Source: Macrostomum lignano
Taxonomy: Eukaryota
Direction of reading: 5' to 3'
Assembly (NCBI GenBank): GCA_002269645.1
Contig: NIVC01001698.1
Coordinates: 1-64,000, forward strand
DNA: 64,000 bases
Positions 53,761-64,000 of this stretch are shown one piece after another; within the stretch, counting starts at the first letter, position 1; every line of letters begins with the position of its first letter. The translations under genes were made by a program, and so were the position numbers. The notes beneath the pieces are model-generated. The model made no database searches. It was not told the origin of the DNA and saw only the letters and a program-made list of their open reading frames with translations.

Positions 53761-55849
53761 GTAATACGATGCATAAATAGGCTTTGGTATATACTGTTGC
53801 TGCGGAGGTTTGCATCAATTTCCAAGAAGTTGTTGCTGATTTATTCTTTTTTACTTTAATTGCTGGTCATAATTTTTCCAACCGTATCATGCAGTTTATA
53901 ACTTAATTATGTACTTCGCAATTAAGGCGAAAAATATTGTAGCTATGGACGTATAAGATGTACTCGCATTCGAGTATTAAACGTATAATTTGACCGTATG
54001 TTGGACATTAAAGCATCTATTTTTCTGATGTTAATTTAAACTTGGATGCTTTGCGTTTCTCTAAAAAGTCTACGGATCAAAGAGCGCCATCAACTTCCTA
54101 CAGCGTTAACTGATATCCATGCTGTAGGCTATGAGTAGTAATGACAGGAAGGATATATAGTGTCAATATCAAATCATTAAGTCTTCTTAATATTCACGTG
54201 CAATCCACTTAACCTTTGTGATTTAATTTAAGAAGCCGAGCTCAGATTAAGTCAGTATAGGGCTCGACACATTGTTCAAGCGGAATTACTAAAGTAGTTT
54301 CACATGTCCAGACGGAGAGGCGAGGATAGCGTCGTCCCTGACGTCATTCATAACGATGTTGTTGCTCAGCTCGAGTCGCCGCACAACAGCGGCACAGCCA
54401 GCTTGTCCCGGGTGACAGCAGCGGCGAGTTTCTGCAGGCCAAGGAGTCGGAGCTGACGCCGCCGAGAACAGTAGCTAGGAATTTCTTCTGTGATGAAATT
54501 TGTGATGCACTCTGTCCGGCTGGAGTTGCGCAATGCTTCAACTCGGCGCAGAGCTCCACTGGTCCCCAGCTGTTTTGATGTGAACAGGGTGCGTGCACCT
54601 GGCCCCGCTGTCTGCCCGCTAGCTTTGTCAATTTTGGTAATGGGACAAATTGTGTTTTTTTTTCTCTTTCGAGTTTGAATACTCGAGCACTACATTTCCA
54701 GGGAGCCTGATAAGTGAGTTTTGAGTCCGTCACCTCATCAATCGGTTTCATCTTCTAGAAAACATATTCAATATTTACACCTGCAGCAATGTAGCAGCTT
54801 CTTAGGCTTTGCCTGGTCCATCTTTGGAAGCTGAGGACACGGAGGAGTTCATCATCAATGGGAATAAAGCAGCCTGTTCTCTTCAGCTAGAATTTGCTCA
54901 CTGAGCTCATGCAGTATCTATTCGGTGTGCTACATAAGTCTTTTCACTTTTTCTCAAAGCCCAAATCAAATCTCAGGAGCGACTGCAATGAATTGGCTAC
55001 CTTCCAAACTTAAATTTTCAAGGTCATGACAGAGGTGCTAGGCCTCTCAGTCCAACGGGGTGGGAAAATCGAGCAAACACTTCACCGCGCACCTGCCTGC
55101 CGTAGCTGCGTTAATTTGCTTTCAGGAGATCAATGAGCAGCCTGTGCCTGAGGTGAGCACACTGCGACTCCATGCATGAAACAGCTGGCTATTTTCTCAG
55201 CCTCACTTGATGAAGCATGGTCCCATGTGTTCAGTGATTGCCTACCTTTCTGCCTCCCCAACCCCACCTTCTCACTTTTGTCTGCTGCTGCCAAACAGCC
55301 CTGTTCTTGGCAACGAAACTTCCAGACCAACGTCCTGTGCGATCAATCTTGCGTGATGATAGGCCTGTCCCCAGCGGAAACAAACTCTTTCAAGTTTTTG
55401 TCTCGATTTACACCATACTTTCCGCCTCGGAGCTTAGGTGGTGCCTAAAGAAATACTCGGGGGATGCTTATCGAAATTTTGCTGGGCTGCGGCCAACAAC
55501 TCAGGAGCAAATTCTGTGGGAGCAAAGTAGCAGAGCGGTAACGAGGAAGACTTGTTGACTCTCGACTCTTTCATGCTTGCTTCCCCAATCCAGGATGCGG
55601 TACGAATGTGGAATGCCAGAAGGCTTTCGTGAAGTTGGGGATTCCGCCAAATCGAGCAGCTGGGCAGCTTCCACCAGCCCAAGGCGCCAGCCATTGGTCG
55701 GGTCGCGCACTGCCGGGCGAGGGCCAATGAACTCAACTCGCACTGCGCCAGTGTCCCACCGGATCGATGCCGAGAAAGACATTTATGGGCAAAATTTATG
55801 GGAAACTTTGCACTCGCGATTTCCCCCGCGTCTTGAAAGCGTTCTCATA

Positions 55850-56090
55850 GTTTTGACAGACAGTTCTCATAGTTTGGACAGACAGTTCTCATAGTTCGGA
55901 CAGACAGTTCTCATAGTTCGGACAGACAGTTCTCATAGTTCGGACAGACAGTTCTCATAGTTCGGACAGACAGTTCTCATAGTTCGGACAGACAGTTCTC
56001 ATAGTTCGGACAGACAGTTCTCATAGTTCGAACAGACAGTTCTCATAGTTTGGACCGACAGTTCTCATAGTTCGGACAGACAGTTCTCAT
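55850..56090. repeat. 22-bp minisatellite (gacagacagttctcatagttcg), ~11 copies, ending ~20 nt before the GPCR ATG
   Basis: Visible tandem array. Confidence 0.95.
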
Positions 56091-56107
56091 CGGGCGAACG
56101 CTTAGCA

Positions 56108-59100
56108 ATGAATGCTAGTCAAGGTGACTGCACCCAGGAGGACAGCAGCTTCATCAACTCGGTGATGGAGCGGACGCTGGGCCAGCGGCAGACGTCGCTG
56201 CAATTCAAGGTCCCCTTCGGAGTCATCTACTCCCTCATCCTGATGCTGGGAGTCAGCGGCAACCTGTGCACCTGCGTGGTGATCGCTCGCACCAAATGCC
56301 TGCACACTGTCACCAATTTGTACCTGTTTAGCCTGGCAGTCAGCGACCTGTCACTCCTGCTGACTGGTGAGTTGCCTCCGAATGGCGCACTGAGTGCTTT
56401 GGGTTGCCAGGGGTTTCAAGCTGATGGGCCGCAACAGCAAGGTTGGCTTGTCCCTCCATCGGCATTAAGATAGGTTGCACCAGCAGAGGTTGCTTAGAGT
56501 TGGTCATTCCCGAGCAGTAGGGGATTAGCTGACCAACCTGGGCATTAGGGGATTAGCTGACCAACCTGAGCATTAGGGAATTAGTTGACCAACCTGAGCA
56601 TTAGGAATTAGCTGACCAACCTAAGCATTAGGGAATTAGCTGACCAACCTGAGCATTAGGGAATTAGCTGACCAACCTGAGCATTAGGGAATTAGCTGAC
56701 CAACCTGGGCATTAGGGAATTAGCTGACCAACCTGAGCATTAGGGAATTAGCTGACCAACCTGAGCATTAAGGGATTAGCTGCCTTATAGCTATGGAAAG
56801 CATAGAAACCATGGAAGCAGCGATCTACTCAGAGTCTCCTGTAAGGCTTTGCAAAGCAGAGACTCAATTAGTTAGCTGCTGGGCAGTCTAACACAAACTC
56901 AACTTCAAATACAAAAGTCAGGAAGCAGAGGCAGCAGTTGTGAGCGCTGTTGGCTCACCTGGGCAGCAGCGGGGAGCGACCTACCCCTGCAGGTGAGAGG
57001 GGGGGGGCGGCGCCTCCACAGTGGATTTCCGGGACAGCTGACCCGTCTCCTGCCCCCTGGCGCCAGAGAGCTGCAGAAGCCGCATTCATTTATGAAGATC
57101 CGTAGGTAGAGGCGCATGGCAACCGCGCACAATGCGAAATCCCGCTATGCAATGGAAGCAAATGATGATGGCTCATCCATTGAGCCGCTGCGGCGCATGC
57201 ATGGCATTTGCTGTGATTGGAAATCGCCGTCCTTCTCCAGGCTGGCCATCTCATGCAGGATGAGCATACCGGGCAAGATGCAGGGAGGCTCATCAGCGAC
57301 CATGCAAATTGAATTCCCGGATGGCCTGCGGTCAGACGGAATGGAATGGGGAGATCAAAGGCGAATAAGACGGGATCTCAGACTCTCTTGGATATGAAGC
57401 CTGCCAGGATTAGCATTTGGCATTTGAAGAATTTTCCGATCCGCACCAAGTTTACTTTCAGAGCCGGGACCGTTTCATCAACTATAATAATAAATAATAA
57501 AAAAATTCGCATTCAAATAGAATTGAATTGGAGTTCTTTAGCGCCGTGGTGATCACAAAGGATACTGTGCGGCAAAGAAAAATCTTTTAAGTTCAAATAA
57601 CAAAGAGTTAATATTTGACGCCATCGGGGCTGGTTTGGTAGAACTTCGAAGTAAGCGAAACTGGCTCTGTCTTTGCACAAGCAGAACTGAATGGACCCGT
57701 GCGGGCTCACTGGCTTGGAGAGCATCATGCGAGCCAGTTTGAGACAGTCAAAATAAATACGGACCGAGCCGGTGGCCGGGGGCGGCCAATGCGTGAGGAA
57801 TGCAATTTCTAAAAAGGCGAAATCAGCGAAGCGCACAATGCAGCGGCTCGCCCTGGGATAAGTGAAAGCCGATTGCCGGCAATCAATCTGCGAGCCGGAG
57901 TGGCCGGTCAGGGCGGGAGAACTGGGATATGAAGGGGCGGCATCCAGGGCTGCTGCTCCCTGCCACGGGTAGCCGGCGGGGGGTCACCCAGGGACAGGGG
58001 GAGGGGGGAGGCGAGAGACGCGGGCGGAATTCCTCGATCCCTCCCGGATTCTTATCCCAGCGACCGTCGGGCTTTGGTTGCCACGCGCAGCTTGACGCCT
58101 TCATCCGCCTCCGAGCGGGATTGCCGGATTTCAGCTGCCGCCGCCTCGTCTTGCCTAATTAATTGAAGTCGAGAAGTCGAGAGCCAAGCCATAAACGGAG
58201 TTATTAATAATGAATAACTCAATGCGAATCTTGCAATTACTTTCGGCTGTCTTATGTAACGAAATGCAAATTGGTACCGGATGTACATGCAGCTGCCTTG
58301 TTACGTATCTTGCGCACCTACTTTAAGCCTTATTCTATAACAGACCTTTAAACTGCCAGAGAAATAGGAGATTAATTCATTTCTGCAACAAAGTCTTGAA
58401 GGATAACGGCGTCGCAGGGAGCGCTTCAAGGCTTCGACTGTGCACCGGCTGCGAGCGGTTCACACCGCCATCAAAAGAGGCCAATTTTCTTGCAATCGCC
58501 CGACTGTCGCATACATGTCACACGTACTTTTCGCTTTGTACATCAGTGGGCCTTATTTACAGGCTCAGTGGAAAGTTCCGAAGCTATTTACAGGCTCAGT
58601 GGAAAGTTCCGAAGCTATTTACAGGCTCAGTGGAAAGTTCCGAAGCTATTTACAGGCTCAGTGGAAAGTTCCGAAGCTATTTACAGGCTCAGTGGAAAGT
58701 TCCGAAGCTATTTACAGGCTCAGTGGAAAGTTCCGAAGCTATTTACAGGCTCAGTGGAAAGTTCCGAAGCTATTTTAGCTGCCAGGCCAGGGAGGGCTCC
58801 CCTGTCCGGAGCGGCAACTCTTCAAACTGCCGCGTTCACTGCCTGAGCCAAACAGCTTCTGTCTTTAATCTGGGGAATGCGACTTGGCAGGTGGGTTGGA
58901 AAAGAAAATAGTTTTGCTGGAACGCAGGCGACACCAACAGGGGGGGGGGTCGCGGAACAAGAGGGAGGCGGCACCGCTCCGGATCTCCGGTCTGGCCAGC
59001 GGTGCAGCAAAACATCCGGTCGGCAAGTCGCGCATCGCAGCAGGCGGTCTGCAGCTTTTGGGCTGACCATTTTCAGTCTGGGTGGATGAGGGATATGCGA

Positions 59101-62100
59101 ATCATTCAAGCCCTCAATTCCACCTGCGCCTGATGTAGGGCTGCTCCCATGGAGTCCCTTGCCGCTTATATTTGCCTTCTATAAACAGGCAGTTCTTGGG
59201 CAATGGCTGCACTTTTCTAACAATTTAAGACAACTTATAGAAGCTTAAGTATATAGGATGTTTTCGCTTGTCGCTTGGCTCAGCCACATGGCTTTGGCCT
59301 CTATATGCTCATGCCAGTTGTTGAGTGGTCGGCTCTGGAGTACATTTAGTTCAAACTGGCTAGGGAAAAGTGCATCTAATGTACATTGAGTCCACACTGG
59401 CCAGGGAAAAGTGCATCTGATGTACATTGAGTCCACACTAGCCAGGGATAAGTGCATCTGATGTACATTGAGTCCACACTAGCCAGGGAAAAGTGCATCT
59501 GATGTACATTGAGTCCACACTAGCCAGGGAAAAGTGCATCTGATGTACATTGAGTCCACACTAGCCAGGGAAAAGTGCATCTGATGTACATTGAGTCCAC
59601 ACTAGCCAGGGAAAAGTGCATCTGATGTACATTGAGCCACACTGGCCAGGGAAAGTGCATCTGATGTACATTGAGCCACACTGGCCAGGGAAAAGTGCAT
59701 CTGATGTACATTGAGCCACACTGGCCAGGGAAAAGTGCATCTGATGTACATTGAGCCACACTGGCCAGGGAAAAGTGCATCTGATGTACATTGAGCCACA
59801 CTGGCCAGGGAAAAGTGCATCTGATGTACATTGAGCCACACTGGCCAGGGAAAAGTGCATCTGATGTACATTGAGCCACACTGGCCAGGGAAAAGTGCAT
59901 CTGATGTACATTGAGCCATTTTCAGCCATGCCGATTCCCGGGACAAGCGGCATTTTGAAAATTTGAGTCTTAAACAAGCAAAAAAATCTGAGCCCCAGTC
60001 GAGTTGCCACTTTCCCATCAATAATAGATTGATTTCAATGCCTTTTAGCAGTTCATCTGCGCCGTTCGCATACAATCAACTAAGCTAGGCTCGTAGCTGC
60101 ACAGTGCAGAAGTGCGCGGCCTGTTGATTGAGTTTATTTCAAAATTCAACTCTGAATAACGAAAAAAAAGTTTCTGTCTAATCCTGCGCTCGAATTGAGA
60201 GTTCCGGGATGGCGCACTATTCGCATGGGACTGACGGAGGCTCAAATGCAGTGCTTGGGAGACAAACAGCTCTGTTTTTCAGCGCTTCAGGACCGAGGGG
60301 AAGCGTTGGGATTTGCAGAGGGCCTCGATGGCACCCAATTTCTCCTGTATCTGTCCCGGCAAGCGCGGCAAGTTCCACCCCAACCCATGCAGTGGCGGGG
60401 CCGCTGACAACCACCACTGGTAGATCAAGGACGTAACATGTCAAAATTATAGAAATTTTAAATTGAAGGCCCAGTTTTGCTTTTAAACGCACTAGCATTT
60501 TTTGGCAATTTTGGCAATTAAATAATGCATTGCGACACATTTTGATGTCCGCTTACTATCAGTGGTCCTTGGTCCCGGATCCAGTTGGTGGTTCATTGGA
60601 TCGGTAGTCAAGCAAGAGGTTACTGAGTGCAAGTCATCTCGGACAAGAAGGACGCCACAGGGAGGTCAGTGGCCCGGCCGCGCACTTGTTAGCAGGGTAC
60701 AGGGTTGGTCACCGAGTCGGCAAGTCCAGAGAACTCAGTGGCCGAAGTCCTCAGAGACCGCGGCCGCACTGCCATAAAGAACAAAGTAGAGAGAAAGCAG
60801 AAATCCCCATTGGAAGCTGGAGCGCCCGCCTCATCCGCATAGCAGCCGAACTCGCACTTGGCGAGATAATTGATTTTCAATCCCTCTGCACAGAGCCCCA
60901 CCAGCTCGCGTGCCCCTCCCTCTTGGCTGGGGAATTATAAGCGAGTCTCTCCGACGCCTCTCCCGCCAATTTCTCATAGGGGCTCGCGGCACCAAATCCA
61001 GATTAGCTTTCAGTTTTTTAATCCACCAAGGAGTCCCAGCTAAGCTCGCTTCTTATCCTTTATCTCTGATCATTTATATTCCCAGTCCTCCTTTAAGCCG
61101 CCCCAGCTGAATTCGCGGAGCTCTTTAAGTCTATTAAGTCTGCAGCAGACTTTCAAAGAGCGTCTGCAATGCTCCGAAAGTTCTTGCGGGCAAGCTCAAG
61201 CAAAGATTAAAGAGAATGCGTGAGTTGGATCTGAGCCAGGCATGCTAATCCTGCGGTGCTGCTGCATGAAATAAAAAATCTGTTTTGACAAACTGAACTT
61301 GATTGCTTGTGTCCGACTGTGTCCGACTGTGTCCGAATTGGTTATAAGGTCATTGGGGAATTGGATGCAGAACCCTTGGCCAGACTGTCTTGCGTGTGTG
61401 ACTTCGGCGTCTGGAAGACGCTCGGACAATGCAGGTCGGATAATAGTGTCCGAGAGTGGCCGAGGATGATTGTCTCCGAGTAATAGTGTCCGACTGAGAT
61501 TGTTGCTTAGCAAGATAGTGTCCAAGTAATGTAGTGTCCGAGTAATATTCTATCCAGGTAATACAGGGTCCAAGTAATATAGTGTCGGAGTAATATAGTG
61601 TCCAAGTAATATTGTGTCCGTGTAATATAGTGTCCGAGTATTATAGTGTCCGACTAATATTAAGTCCAAGTAATATAGTGTCCGAGTAATATAGTGTCCG
61701 AGTAATATAGTGTCCGAGTAATATAGTGTCCAAGTAATATTAAGTCCAAGTAATATAGTGTCCAAGTAATATAGTGTCCAAGTAATATAGTGTCCAAGTA
61801 ATATAGTGTCCAAGTAATATAGTGTCCAAGTAATATAGTGTCCAAGTAATATAGTGTCCGAGTATTATAGTGTCCGAGTAATATTAAGTCCAATAATATA
61901 GTGTCCGAGTAATATAGTTTCCGAGTATTATAGTGTCCGAGTATTATAGTGTCCGAGTAATATTAAGTCCAATTAATATAGTGTCCGAGTAATATAGTGT
62001 CCGAGTATTATAGTGTCCGAGTATTATAGTGTCCGAGTAATATTAAGTCCAATTAATATAGTGTCCGAGTAATATAGTGTCCGAGTATTATAGTGTCCGA

Positions 62101-63621
62101 GTATTATAGTGTCCGAGTAATATTAAGTCCAAGTAAGATTGTGTCCAAGTAATATTGTGTCCAAGTAATACAGTGTCCGTGTAGTATAGTGTCCAAGTAA
62201 TATAGTGTCCGAGAAATATAGTGTCCGAGGGTCGAGCTTGCAAACTCTGCAAGAGAAATATCCGACGAGAAGTGAATTTTTCCTAGTAAATTGTCTGAAA
62301 ATGTTGTCCCAAAGAACAAAAATGTTTTCTGGATAAAAGCCTCTGCAGGCCTGGCTGGTCATCAGACAACTGACAAAATCCATTCCATGCCTTCAATTAA
62401 TTCGCCTTCTTGGAAAGTTACAAAGCAAAATCGCATTAGCGCTCGGCATCAAAGAGCTGTTAGAAGAATAGCTGGCGAGTCAACCGAGCGGAAAATTGAG
62501 CTCAAAAGCCTGACGGATTTCTGGCAAGCAGCTTATAATCTAATAGACTCTGCTCGACAGCTGCAACTGCTGAGCTGCAAAGTCTTTGAACTTCACGAAT
62601 TACCTTGCTCCCTTCTCTGCTATTCCCCCCCCCCTGTTTCATTTTTGTCCCCCTCTTCCGTTTCTTCCCCTCCTCTTCCGTTTCTTCCCCTCCTCTTCCG
62701 TTTCTTCCCCTCCTCTTCCGTTTCTTCCCCTCCTCTTCCGTTTCTTCCCCTCTTCCGTTTCTTCCCCTCCTCTTCCGTTTCTTCCCCTCCTCTTCCGTTT
62801 CTTCCCCTCCTCTCCCGTTTCTTCCCCTCCTCTCCTGTTTCTTACCCTCTTCTTCCGTTTCTTCCCTCTTCTTTCATCGCTTCTCCTTTTTGCTCCCCTC
62901 TTTTCCACATTTTCGTATCAATTTTTCATTTACTTACTCTGCCACCTGTGATGCCGTCCATAGCAGCTGCTGAACACGACTTGGCTCTTTTCTCCCGTTT
63001 CCTCCGCAGGCGTCCCGCACGAGCTGTACAGCATCCTAGTTGCGCAATACCCCTGGTACCTGGGCTCCGAGCTCTGCCGGCTGCGCAGCTTCCTTGCCGA
63101 GCTGACTCCCACAGTCAGCATCCTCACCATCACCTGCTTCACCGTGGAGCGCTACATCGCCATCGCGCACCCCCTGCGAGCGCAGGTGATCTCCAGCTTC
63201 AAGCGGACTCTCTTCATCATCCTGTCTCTCTGGCTACTCGGTGGCCTCGTCTGCGTCCCCGTCGGCTTGGCTTCGGCGCCCGTGCCCTACGTGGTGTACC
63301 CGAACCTGTCCGAGTCCCGCTACGCCGCTCTCGGCTGCCCGGAGCCGCCCTGGGCGAACCTGACCGGTCAGCCGATTCCCCTCAGCGTGGTCTGCAACTG
63401 CGCCCAGTGCGACACGCACATCCAGGTTTCCGGCCTGCTGTTCTTTGTGGTGCCCGTCTGCGTCATCGCCGTGCTGTACCTGCTGATTGCGGTGGCTCTG
63501 CGCCGCTCCAACCCCATGTCCAGCCGCGGCAGCCGGGGGGCCGACGCGGGGGCCAGCGGCGCCCGCGATAACAGGCGGGACAGAGACCGGCGATCTAAGA
63601 ACTCGGTTGTTCGAATGCTCG
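56108..63621 (+). CDS. Rhodopsin-family neuropeptide GPCR, neuromedin U/pyrokinin/CAPA receptor-like; exon 1 56108-56366, exon 2 63010-63621; continues beyond window
   Basis: TM1 [14 protein letters not shown]2 [18 protein letters not shown]|[11 protein letters not shown]3 [35 protein letters not shown]5 [21 protein letters not shown] at the TM6 start. A phase-1 intron joins the exons. Confidence 0.9.
56521..56785. repeat. 28-bp minisatellite (attagctgaccaacctgagcattaggga), ~9 copies, GPCR intron 1
   Basis: Visible tandem array. Confidence 0.94.
58550..58777. repeat. 31-bp minisatellite (ctatttacaggctcagtggaaagttccgaag), ~7 copies, GPCR intron 1
   Basis: Visible tandem array. Confidence 0.95.
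59360..59918. repeat. 40-41-bp minisatellite (ctggccagggaaaagtgcatctgatgtacattgagccaca), ~14 copies, GPCR intron 1
   Basis: Visible tandem array. Confidence 0.96.
61430..62228. repeat. 16-bp minisatellite (taatatagtgtccaag / ...ccgag), ~50 copies, GPCR intron 1
   Basis: Visible tandem array. Confidence 0.95.
62655..62870. repeat. 20-bp pyrimidine repeat (cttcccctcctcttccgttt), ~11 copies, upstream of GPCR exon 2
   Basis: Visible tandem array. Confidence 0.93.
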
Positions 63622-63625
63622 GTGA

Positions 63626-64000
<375 letters not shown>

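Noticed and set aside
54754-54886. Minus-strand exon LKRTGCFIPIDDELL...
   Set aside because: The next acceptor would give a 26-nt intron, and no consistent upstream exon or homology was recognised.
57000-61400. Short ORFs in GPCR intron 1 as nested genes
   Set aside because: No recognisable domains or consistent exon chain; many arise from repeats or alternative start codons.

Overview
Animal genomic DNA with GC-rich exons, AT-rich intergenic DNA and GT-AG introns. The style resembles the flatworm Macrostomum, but this is my inference, not a database result. I assembled six genes by hand from splice sites and reading phase: (1) 5' part of a radial spoke head RSPH4/6 gene (-, 1-355); (2) UBA5 (+, 2 exons); (3) a MULE-transposase-derived C2H2/SWIM gene with three frame switches in exon 1 (+); (4) DOT1L (-, 7 exons found, no ATG-bearing first exon located); (5) a complete 22-exon, 2402-aa ABCA1/4/7-like transporter (-, 28171-50851); (6) the first two exons of a neuromedin-U/pyrokinin-type GPCR (+). 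Most long ORFs in the supplied track are artefacts of tandem repeats. 13 of the 15 ABCA introns longer than 400 nt carry their own unrelated minisatellite. 14-28 kb is a nest of transposon remnants: SINE, LTR with PBS and possible PPT, RT-RNaseH LINE and several MITEs. An apparently intact DD34D mariner sits inside an ABCA intronic minisatellite. Most notable leads: two genes whose frame begins in phase 0 at an unpaired acceptor with no ATG (candidates for initiation from a flatworm spliced-leader AUG), a 64-nt 28S rRNA copy in ABCA intron 7 with the R2/I-PpoI target core scrambled, and the intron-private minisatellite pattern.
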